Positions 1 through 19,570 of a DNA stretch of 64,000 nt are shown here, in pieces. How positions within the stretch are numbered: position 1 is the first letter of the stretch; the number at the start of each line of letters is the position of its first letter. The position numbers and the translations under genes are program-made. Origin of the DNA: Tubulanus polymorphus. Lineage: Eukaryota > Animalia > Nemertea. The DNA is taken from positions 19,772,950 through 19,836,949 of the forward strand of contig NC_134029.1 of NCBI RefSeq assembly GCF_964204645.1, given 5' to 3'. The notes under the pieces were generated by a model. That model searched no databases and was not told where the DNA came from. It was given only the letters and a program-made list of their open reading frames with translations.

Positions 1-2355
1 ATGCAAACACAATCATTCAATGACATTCAGTGACATTTTGATAAAAACAAAAATAACTAGAAAACTTCAAACATCTGATCGGTTCTCATTCTCCTGGGAC
101 GCTGGAATGCTAAAGGTTGTTTTTCATGAAACTGGTCTAGTGAGTCTGTTTTACTGACAATATCAGGCTCGCGCCAAATTTAGCTGGTGCCTAATTAGAG
201 AGCGCATTCACATGTTAACCACTCACTCGATACTAAACAATGCTCAAACAAAGCGAAGTGGATCATTTCCGGTAACAGTTGCAATTCGAACGCAATCATT
301 TGTTTCATGCTGAAATTTGGCTCGGGTCCGGTCCGACGTTTTAGGTCAGGCCAAATTTGGCCCGGGCCAAACAGGCTGTATGAACAGTTGTTCCGGGTCA
401 AATTTGGCCAGGGCCAAAAATACTCGTGTGATCGCGGCTAATAACTCTGGTAGATCATCCCTTAAAAAAACTTTAAAAAAAACCCACTACAGTCGAATCT
501 CGTTAGTACGATTCGGCTTACAACGAAAACCTCAGTATGCCCGGAATGCTCTCAAGACATTAGGCCTAATGTCTATTTCAACCTGACTTAAGAGCATTCC
601 GGGTGGCCTAGCTCAGTCAGTTTTGGTAGTACATACCTGATAAAAGTCTTATAAGGACCAGAATGCATTGGCAGTCGACCTAAATCATCATTTTTTAATC
701 CATTTGAAACTTCTCTTCATTTAACCCCTTTCAGTGAAGACTTTTTGGATATCCTTCAACACAGTTTCAAATGGATTAAAAAATGATGATTTAGGTCAAC
801 TGCCTGTCCTTTCTGGTCCTATTAAGACCTTTATCAGGTATGTACTACCAAAAATCAGCGAGCTAGGCCATCCAGAATGCTCTCAAGTCAGGTTGAAATA
901 GACATTAGTACGGATGGTCCATAAAGAGTTGCCACTTTTATCCATTGTGTGGTAGCGCTGACCACATTTGCAATAAACTTCTTTATGGGCTGTTAGTATG
1001 TTAAGGTAACATGGAATTGTTTTTATTAAATGGTTAATACGAAATTCGGTTAGTACAATGATTTTTCATTTTCCCACTGCGTCGTACTAACGTGTCACTT
1101 TAACTTTTGATTGAATAAAATCTTGATTTTAAAAACTTTTAAATCTGTAAATAGTGGGTGTTATCTTAATATATTCTCCACGTTTGAGTGTGGCTATTCT
1201 ACCGAATGCATAGAAATCATTTCATTCTCAAATATTTGAGAAAAGTGGAAATATCAAATTTGTCAAGAATTCTACATATTCATTTAAACATCAATAGATC
1301 TATAAGTACGCAGTGATCCTAAAGTAGGAATGTAGGTATAAATGTCCCCGGAAAAAAATGTCCCGGAAAATATGTCCCCGGGAAAAATATGCCATAATGT
1401 AGAAAAAATGCCCCAGCCTATCATTACTAATTTAGTTAATTTCCCATCAAAATAACACCAAAGAAAAAACTTGGTAGGCCTAATTGTGTAAATTGCACAC
1501 TAACCATAAAAAAGAATTCATTGAGTGACCATGAGAATTATAGGCCTAGAATTTCGGCATCAATTAATTTTTCCTATTGAGAACATATGAACTCAAACAT
1601 GATACGTCAAATTTTAGAAGATTTTAAATTTATAGTACAAATGATTAAATCAAAGTAGAGCCATTATGTGTTATCAAATGTTAAAACTGTAATTAAAAAG
1701 TTTGTTCCATGTCCAAGTAATGATAGAATGGGACATTTTTAATGAGAGATAAATTGTAAAAATTCCCCTGCTTTTGAAAAAAAATTCTTTCTCACAATTT
1801 CCTGGTACAAGAGAGCACCAGCCTGTCGTGCCATTAACTTTTCAGGGAATCTCATCAATAGTTCGACCGCGCAATAAACTTGATCTAATAGAAAAACTGC
1901 ACAAATACGTGTTATCTAACATTACATCGTATCTTGTCGGATCGTCCTATCTCGATAGCAAATTCATATTTTTCTATTACTTTTTAACATCTGTTTGGCT
2001 ACTAATTGATTAAATAGGTGATGTTCAAACACCGGTAAAGTACATGTATAGTAAGTGGCCATGTTCAAACACCGGTAAAGTACATGTATAGTAAGTGGTG
2101 ATGTTCAAACACCGGTAAAGTACATAGGCCTATATAGTGACGTTATGTTTTAAGTCATGATATACTTATTATTGCACTTTCGAAATCTAGGCGCTAAGAG
2201 TGCTGTGCTAAGACTGCTATGAGAATGAGGACCCAAACTTATTTGACTGACCTAAGAGATGAACCCGATAACAAAATGGTCATTCAGTACCGACCACAAA
2301 TAAGACATTAAAGTGAAGTCCATCATACAAGACCATTTATATATATATATATATT

Positions 2356-2438
<83 letters not shown>

Positions 2439-4655
2439 GTACGTACGTACTTACGTACGTACGTACGTACGTACGTACATACATACATACATACATACAT
2501 ACATACATACATACAGACCACAAAAAAGACACGTTAAAGTGAACTCCATTATACAGGGCCAATCATTAATTACTTAAATATGCTTCTAAAAATGGTCTTT
2601 AAGTAAATGTCTCAACTTAACTGTACGAAAGGCTTCGAAGAGTTTTACTTACTAATCGACTTGTTTGCTTTGACGCTATAAAATCCTTCTGACGCTTCAT
2701 TCGTCGGTGAAATTGCTAGGATCACCTGAAAAAAAAATCGAAAATAAAAACCAGGAAACATTTCATTGCTGAACTCTGTCCTCTTTAAAGACAATAATCA
2801 TTTCTTTTGTCATTTCATCAAAACTAATATTAGATGATAGAACATTCTCAAAATGTAATACTCACAACAAATACGAAAGTAACAATGGCTATTACTGCGA
2901 CCTTAATGAGAGGGAAGTATTTAACCAAAAGCCAATGTTTGCTCCAGGAATCGGAGCTACCGCGTTCAGAAGAGGCGCATGAAGAATCTCCGCCACTAAT
3001 TATACCAGAGCTACCGCGTTCAGAAGAGGCGCATGAAGAATCTCCGCCACTAATTATACCAGACTGGCTGAAAATGTATGAATTACCGTCCAAGTTCTGG
3101 TTTATATTCATATTACATAATAGCTACATGCATGTTATATTTATGTATATTTATATGTATATGTATGTATATGTATGTCGATACGCTGTATAATGATCCG
3201 TATTATGTCGTTTTTCTTCTCTTCATTTTCATCTTATATTTTTTTTTTCTCTTTTCTAGGGCTGCTTTCTTGTATCAGCTATCTGTTGCTTCAAAGAAGT
3301 CCTTCATTGAATGTTATTACATCTTTAATGTATTATTTTCTTATTCATAAATTTTGTAAAAATTTTACTTGAAAATAAATCATATCAATCATATCATATC
3401 AATCAATCAATCATGTTGCGTTTTTGTTGAGGCCCTAGAACATCGGATCACTTCTGTTTACTTGTGAAATTCAAATAACATTAAATTAGATATGGTGAGG
3501 GCTTTGACCTTACAACTATTCAACGGACCAATTCTTGACCCAGTACTGACTACATACTTTATGTAGAAGACTCCGATGTTTCGGCTCTAACACTATGAGC
3601 CATTTTCATAAACCAATCTATTTCCCAAACACAATTAGAGCCCAACGATATACCCTAATGAGTGCGCAACATATCCAGTTATAAATATACCGGTATGTGA
3701 TACCAAAAAAACTTCCTTTAAACCCATATTGCAATGCCCATGTCAGTTCTAAACATGGCATGGTATGGCATTTGGAATTTGGCATGGCATGAACATTCTA
3801 AGTGCCGACGATTCAAATGAATTAGTTATTTTGATGTATTTTGTTATATATCCACACAGTACCTTGAATGACATTTTTGCAAACTTATTTACAAACTGCA
3901 TGTTCCTTTTTTCTGTGCACCTGGTAAAATATAATTGCCGGTTATGCCGCAACATGCGGCCATCTATTTCGAAACAAAATATTGGTTCGATTACCGATAA
4001 ACAAAAATTCTATTAAATCTTTTAGAACCGGTACATCACCATAAATTAAGGCCTAAAAAGTTTACATGAAAAATCTGAAAGTAGTAGTAACCCGGGTCGG
4101 GTACTGTATGGAGATTAGGTTGAAGTTGAGTGGTGCAGCGGGTAATATCGATTTGTTTTCATCATCACCAGCGCTTCTCAGCTGGCTCATCCAGTGATGA
4201 TCTTGATAAATGGTACAAGATGTGTGGATGTTAGAATGCTGATATGATTACAAATTTCTGTGCGCAGTCAAATCATTTCCATTTCATTCTTTTAATTACT
4301 GACACAAATGCAATCGCCTCTTTTTATCAGCCATAATATATTTCCTATAGTCTCTCAAAGGTTTGAGGCATATCAACTTTGAAACATGAATTTATCAGAA
4401 TTGTGAAGAGAAAAAAAACAAGAAAAATACCATGCCACGTTTAGAACTTACCCACCCATTATCATCAATCAATGTCACAAGAACTTACTTCCCGCATTCG
4501 ACAGATCTAAGCAATGGAGTTGCTTCGTGATCGAACGATGTACCATTTTCGATCAACGGGTTCGTAATCCGTCTGCTGTTATTCGCTCCATCTGTCAACA
4601 ATGGTTGTTTTTGCTGACCTTTCAAAATTATCGGTAATTCAGCCGTGGCCTCCAT
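1..4655 (-). CDS. OCA2: OCA2/P protein-like paralog, 5' part (exons 4489-4655, 2866-3067, 2653-2725); remainder likely lies left of the window
   Basis: Exons and splice phases mirror exons 1-3 of the full copy at 14744-15971 (MEATAEL...[10 protein letters not shown]; [10 protein letters not shown]; [18 protein letters not shown]). Base 1 resembles intron sequence at ~14073, just before exon 4 of the full copy. Confidence 0.8.
567..908. mobile_element. Palindromic MITE-like element (~150-bp inverted arms)
   Basis: ctaatgtctatttcaacc...ggttgaaatagacattag; related copy at ~14313-14641. Confidence 0.75.
2018..2130. repeat. 40-bp tandem repeat, ~3 copies
   Basis: atgttcaaacaccggtaaagtacat recurs at 2021, 2061, 2101. 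Confidence 0.9.
2338..2513. repeat. Compound microsatellite (TA)n-(TACG)n-(TACA)n
   Basis: Directly visible. Confidence 0.95.
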
Positions 4656-5015
4656 TTCTATACTTGCCCTCAAATTCACGATTTGCGGACAGACAGCAAT
4701 GAAACGCTCATCAATCCCTCGGTTAGATTTTTTCTACGTGTGTCAAAGCCGCGCGAATGAATTGAATAACATATAGTTTATAAAATCTATCCCGAAACAA
4801 GTTTTGATAAAGGATCAATTACAGGTCAACAGGGCTGTCAATGAATTGGTCAACAAAAGGCTTTTAAAACATCGACTATAAGCTTAGGCCTTTTAAGTGT
4901 GTACAGTAACTAGTCATGTGAAGTGAAGTGTGGAAGTTAATAAACATGAATAAATATGATGCGTCATTATTTCAGTCAAACATGCCCGATCATTGCTGTA
5001 CAATGCCTGCACTAT

Positions 5016-5185
5016 AGCACGATAACCACACTCAAACGTGGTGAACGGCTAATATGATAAAAACCCACTATGTACAATTAAAAGAATTTAAAACCGAGAA
5101 TTTATTTCTAAAATGAACAAAACACGACGTTTCGATCTCACACTAGAGATCATCTTTTAATTGTACATAGTGAGTTTTATCCTGA
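5016..5185 (-). mobile_element. Short Penelope-like-derived insertion with target-site duplication
   Basis: Flanked by direct repeat atgcctgcactat (~5003 and ~5186); empty site at ~16323 in the paralogous region; related copies at ~38952-39132 and ~1120-1195; contains a gatctc...gagatc-gaaac hairpin on the minus strand. Confidence 0.6.
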
Positions 5186-6918
5186 TGCCTGCACTATTAG
5201 CTACAAGGTTTCCAGTGGTGAGGCCAGGGTTAAAGTACTAAGAAGGACTTTTTCGGCAATTTTAGACCGACAAGGGGGGAAATTTTGGACTTGAAAACAG
5301 GTTCTTTTTAGTAAAATGAGGGCCCATAATGTGCATTTTCGCAATGCCTTCACCGGAATACTAGTCATGGTAGACCAGCCATATGTTCAAGGGTAATTCG
5401 TGACAAAATTACGCACAAAAAATACATAAAAATAAAATTTGGAAGGACATTTTTATCAAAAGAAAGGACTTCGAGCAAAAAAGAAGGGCAAAGATGATGT
5501 TTATCCAAACTTTTTCCAAAAGAAGAACAAAGAAGGACCGCTGGAAATCCTCTAGCTACCACGTGACCTGGTGTTTAGTCCGATGGCCCTACTTATAATC
5601 TATTCTTTAAATATTTGTAATATAAGTTGACAATAATTCAGCTCCTTACCATTATCGTTGTGTTTATGAGCTTCACTTGAATCATCGTCTCACTATATTT
5701 TTTCGAGTTGAATCTGAAAAGGAAAAAGCACATTCGTTTTTATGTTATTAATGTATCTAAAGTGTTTATCAAGCATTTGTAATATGAAATGGGTATTTAT
5801 AAAATTTGGGTACTTACCATGGCCAACTTCTCTTTGTTGGCCAACAGTGCGCCTAGGATTTTCTCATTTTTTTCTCTGCGCATAAACTATTAATGCTACC
5901 CCCCCCCCCCCCCCACATGCATGTTGTTTTCCCTGACTTGATCTGCTAAGAATCCAATCCTATAGTACAATCAAAAACGTAAGACATAAACGGAAACTTT
6001 TCGATCATTCGCACAACCTAGCAATCTCAACAAATTTCTCTGACTTTTCCCCTGATTTTTAGCTTTTTTTACGAAACTCCCCAACTATTCCCTGACTTTT
6101 CTAAATATTTGAAAATTCCCGGACTTTTCCCTAATTTCCAGGTACATGACCGCACCCTGCGAATGAATGCAGCCCCTCGAGAACCGCATCAAATAGTTTA
6201 CAAAAAATTAATCAGTTTGATGATTATTTGTTACTCAAGATAAATGTGAATTTTCGGCACAGTATGTATACCGGTAGATTTTCTCCGAATAGTTTTTCAT
6301 TCCACACTTTTCAACCGCATTCCACACCGCGCGAGCTTAAAGTTATACAAGCGAAGATCATTTTCAAAAACAGCACATATTTTTTGGCAGAGTGACTTCA
6401 TAAACTTGATCTTACATGATGTCGTCAACAAAGGAAATCTAAGAATTCAGCGATATCTGGTATTCAATCCGTCACAGTTTCAAGTCACAGTTTCAACAAA
6501 TCTACAACTAGATTGCTGGAAAAACAAATACTTTTCTCATGAGAACTTTTACCACAGCTATAAAGCATCTAATCAGTTGCTCTAAAGTTGGCAAATCAAC
6601 CATGGGATAAATACCATAACAATGCCGTCTTGATATAGTCGCTACATATGTCGTTCATCCACTGGTTAACTTTAACCAACTTTATACCGACCTTGGAGAT
6701 ATCATTTGATTACTTCAAGAAACAAATGACCCCAGCACTGCAAATTCCATTGGTCAATGATAAATTAAAGAAAAAAAAAACACTTTTTACAATCATTTCA
6801 GGGATTCGATTTAATTTTTCGCTTTTATTCTAATTTGCTCAATCATATTCACAATGTACATACAGACAGTATTTGTATATTCTGTTAGCAAACTTTTAGT
6901 CATGGTCTATTTACTTAC

Positions 6919-7086
6919 TACAGTAAACCTCGCCTCGGACCTGCAAAATTGGCCCGTCCGAGGTAAGCAAAAGTCCGAGTAAATGAAAGTAAAATATGTT
7001 AGGGAGTCACAGAAATGATTTCGTTCGAGTCCCAGTTAGTCCAAAGTCAGAGTTGGCCATATCAGAGTAAGGCGAGATTTACTGTA
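6919..7086. mobile_element. Tc1/mariner-like MITE (TA-flanked CAG TIRs)
   Basis: tacagtaaacctcgcc ... ggcgagatttactgta; similar termini at ~488 and ~27831. Confidence 0.6.
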
Positions 7087-7738
7087 TACCAGTTCCCTTA
7101 AATATATACCTAGTACTCCAAAAATCTTACATGCTATGCAAGTCTTTTATAATTAGTTTGTTACAGTAAAAGTGATAAAAATATAGTACCATATTTACAA
7201 AAATACATCTTTGATTCATCATTGCATTGATATTACACATATTAAAAAATAAAGTTCAAAATCTACTAATTCTACATTTTTCATAAAATATACATTCAAT
7301 CGACAAAAACAATTTTAATGTACATGTATATAAAAAAAATTCTTTCATTCTCTGAAAAAGATCACGTGCCCCGAAAACAAAATTTATCACAGATTATCAA
7401 GAGATACAAGGGATAAAGCATTCATATTGATGGCATCACAGATTAACAAGTCATTTTCACGCACAACCCAAAACGGCTACTATTTCGCCGCTGCAATTTT
7501 TCACTAAGGCCGTTTTTTTATGATAAGTTGGATAGGATTTGACAGACTTAACGTGTATTGTGAATCCTTATTATTCTTATCACTTCGCGCTTTTCATATC
7601 ACCAGCTTTAACGCTGTACCATAGATAGACTGATTCCTTCGCCGTAAGATTGTCATTTGATTTACTATAAAAAGTCCCATGCAGCGGCGATAAATTCATC
7701 GAGACAAATTACATTCCATTGTTTAGTCCCGAATTCGA

Positions 7739-15971
<8,233 letters not shown>

Positions 15972-16481
15972 TTCCGTATGTTCCTTCGATGTTCACGATC
16001 TGCGGAGAGACAACGATGAAACGTTCATCGAACGCACGGTCGAATTGTTTGGCTAAGTCGTCTGACAAGCCATAAGCCGTCTGACAAGCGATACACTCGT
16101 GCTAACTCGTGCTATGAATTGAATGACCTATATAGAAATCTAGGCCAAAACAAGAAGGTTTGATAAACGAATAAACCGCTGGCCGACGAAAGGCTTTCAA
16201 AGCATATATAGATTACGGGTCAATATGAGAGCAGAAAAATTAGAAAAAGTCATATGAAGTGGAGTGCGAAAGATCATGTAGTCACACATGCTCAGTCACT
16301 AACATTGCTGTATGATAGCACAATGCCTGCACTATAAGCTAATCACCGCAGGAAGTCAGCTAGAGGCTAGTTCGTACAAGCCCTATTTATATATATATAA
16401 ACTTTATTGTCAAAGTATTACAACTTTTATAAGACACGACCACACGTAGACGATTTGGCCCGGCACAAATTGGTACAGATC

Positions 16482-16727
16482 CAGGGGCGGATCCAGCCGG
16501 TCAATTTGACTATATTCCTAAAAAAATTAATGCTCAATTATCTGCCGGCGACGAAGCTGATTAAAGGGGGTTTGATATCCTCCCCCAGGAAAAATTTGAA
16601 AAATCATTCATTTTGTATCTAAAGGCATTCTGGACCTGTCAGATTAGGTTCTTCTAGGAAGTATGTTATTCACATTTTTCTGACTATATTCTGGAATACA
16701 GTGGAATATAGCTTGGATCCGCCCCTG
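16482..16727. mobile_element. MITE with CAGGGGCGGATCC TIRs
   Basis: caggggcggatcc...ggatccgcccctg with agatc direct repeats; relatives at ~29706-29922, 27570-27817, 49036-49203, 12638-12958. Confidence 0.75.
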
Positions 16728-17266
16728 AGATCAGACCCGAGTCAAATTTGCCCAGTGCATAATTCAAATTAAGTGCGTTCACATATAAACCACTCATTCA
16801 ATACTAAACAAAAAAACGATGCGAGTCACTTCCAGAACCAGCTACAATTCACAAGCAATGATTTTAAGACCTGTGCTAAAACTTAACTTAGAAAATTTAA
16901 GGAAAGTGTGGAAAACAATTAGAAAATAGAGCGGACCCTAACCTTATCGAAACCAACCCTACATACATAACCCTACTTATTGATTCTATTGTTATTTTCA
17001 TTAGTAACTGTTATAGGCCTATAATTAGATATCGCAAATATAGAATTTACTGAAATAATGCTGTGTATCCAAGCATCACTTCATCATGACTTAAAAGTTC
17101 AAAAACTTTCAACTAAAAACTTAAGTTCATCACAAGCAAGGGTCCAGGCAAGTAAAATTCTAAAGTGGATGGGCACAGGGGCTTGCCTTGTCACGATAGC
17201 TGGGGTTCTGAAATCAAAGATTCGACCCATTATCGATCCTAGGTGCTCTACCATGTCATCATGACG

Positions 17267-18250
17267 AACTTGAACTTGAACTTGAACTTTAATTTTATTG
17301 CTCCATATAATACATAAGTTACATAGGAAATGACATGCAATAAAATATTAACATCAAGACACAGGGAAAACAGTACAAGAGTGGACATACATTTAAAATC
17401 GCTTTTATAATGGATAACATAGGAATAGAGAATATTTACAAATAAAATATGTTAAACGTAAAACAAAATATAATACTACAGCAAGGAAACTAGGTGGCGA
17501 TACAATCAAGTGAATATAATATAAAAGAATCAAAGTGTTGAACGGAGGGCAAATAAAGAGTTAACTAGGTTACACATAAGGCTGGCAATTTCATAGTCTC
17601 CGTTGTTATAGGACATCAAAAATAGGAATTTATCGAAAACACAAAAAGACTCAAACTCTGTGAAACATACAAGTGAGGATAAAATGGAAACTCTGGCAGG
17701 ATGAAGCGAGGGACACTCGAGTAAAAAGTGGGATTCGTCCTCAACGACTTTATCTACAGTACAGTAGAGGCAAAATCTCTCATTGGCTGGTAAAAATGGA
17801 CGACAGTGACGCCCCGTCTCGATTCTAAGCCGATGGGAACCGAGACGCAGTTTGGAAAATTCGCGTCTTTTGAGGAAAGAGTTCGAAATAATATATTTTT
17901 CTAGTTCAAAGCGTTTTTTAAAAAGTTTATAAGTCCTTAATTTGGGGTTGGAATTACTGTCGTTGATTTGAAATAGCCACGAAGAAGAATATAAGAGATA
18001 CATTTTAGACTGGAGCAGCTTGATAATTTTATTGGGGTGGTTTGAGCCATGATTAGACCAAACACCATGAAGATCAAATGATTTTAGTATTGAAAAAATT
18101 CCAGAACACCAATTTGGGAGTGTGTCCATGCTTTGCACACAGTCCGGATAGGATTTATACACTAATGAGGCGGGATTCAATTTACAAAGACGAAACCAAA
18201 ATTTAACCATCAGGGGAATAAATGATATAAGCAAGGGGTACTGGCCTAAG
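17267..18250 (-). mobile_element. 5'-truncated non-LTR retrotransposon (CR1/L2-group-like ORF2 C-terminus)
   Basis: ORF 17530-18234 with KLRTYKLFK...LRLGSHRLRIETGR...CLYC...EDESHFLLEC; AATAAA followed by an (AAGTTC)n tail; 8-bp TSD tcatgacg at 17259-17266 and 18251-18258. Confidence 0.88.
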
Positions 18251-19125
18251 TCATGACGTCTACCAGTGACAGTGTCTACTTTAAAAAATTGCTTTTTGTT
18301 TATTCTTTTTAATAAAGTAAGCGGAGTAAAAAGGACCTACCATAAATATTTGTCCCATTAATTCCAACTCGTCAGCTGAATAAATTACACCACTATATCA
18401 GCTGACAACAACTGCCAAACTTGCAAAACGCGATAACATACAACTATTTTTGGGGAGCTGTCAAAGTTCTGTGTATAAAATTTCTATGGACCATGTTGCC
18501 ACAATTTAGGTAACATGTTGAACAGTTTTGCAGTTAGGTTCGAGTCCCGTTTATCAACTCGTGAAGTTCATCTATTTCAAAATTTGTAACTTGTGTTTGT
18601 ATGTTGGTATCTTCTTATTTTAAAATTTGTTGTAACTTTATTGAATTTGGGAATCTTATATGTAATGTTTAGCGTAAGAATCAATAAAGAATTGAATTTA
18701 ATTGAATCGAATAATCTATGGCGGCTGTTAGTTATAAGATTTTTACTTGCTGCGATAAGCATTAACCTGGTTAAACCATTCGTCAAATCTTCATTCTTTC
18801 TTTTTCTACGATTAGTATGGAATTTGAAGAGAAGTTAAAACTGGTGGGTTATGGAGGCATTATAAGAAATGATAGCTATTTTTTGGCCTAAAATTTAGTC
18901 AAATGAAAAACAAACTTTTTGAGATTCTGTGTCTGTGTGGCAATCCATTCAATAAATTAATCTTATTTTGACACTTCCCCTCACTAAGCCTGTCCTGTGT
19001 ACTATACTCTACTGGCACAGTATCCTTGACTTGAGATAACAAAATATTGGGCGCTATAATTGCACTGTCTTTCGTACCCATCTCCCAAGCATTTTTATTT
19101 TTGAAGTGGATATTTAACCATATAC

Positions 19126-19418
19126 GGCAAAGTATTTATTTCCGCTATTTTACCGTGCATAAGTATTAGCTAATAAAAGTAACAATAAAATCATTATATT
19201 GGGTTTAGGGTTTCGATAGGGTTAGTGTCGCGAGGGTAAGAAGATGGTCCAGAGGGTTCCGTTTAGCTCTAGCTCTATTTGCTCTATTTTCTCTAACTCT
19301 TTGTTCTCCACACTTTCCTTGAATTTTCTAAGTCGCGCACCTCTGTGCGCATGCGCAGCGTAAATCAGCCAATCAGCGACGATGTACGGTAAAATAGCGG
19401 AAACAAATACTCCACTGC
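19126..19418. mobile_element. TIR element upstream of HAUS1 containing NRF1-like and CCAAT motifs
   Basis: gtatttatttccgctattttaccgtgcat vs atgtacggtaaaatagcggaaacaaatac inverted pair; internal ggtttagggtt also seen inverted at ~16886-16975 and ~47780. Confidence 0.6.
19346..19376 (+). promoter_or_regulatory. NRF1-type palindrome TGCGCATGCGCA and CCAAT box (agccaatcag)
   Basis: Consensus matches ~200 bp upstream of the HAUS1 start. Confidence 0.5.
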
Positions 19419-19570
19419 CTTTTATTTTTGTAATATCAGGGAGGTCTTAGGATTTCTTGTCAAAAGTCATTGATTTTGAATCCCCTCTAGGCCTAGACAA
19501 GGAGACTGTAGAACTCCTATAATTAATATGCATAATTACAATTTTTGTGGAGGGGTACGAGAGTGCAATA

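Noticed and set aside
2018-2130. Possible CRISPR-like array
   Set aside because: Plain 40-bp tandem repeat with no unique spacers; eukaryotic context, no cas genes.
5650-5890. Possible extra coding exons upstream of the left OCA2 paralog
   Set aside because: Splice-like sites exist, but ATG|ATTCAACTC... hits a stop within 7 codons; at most 5'-UTR exons.
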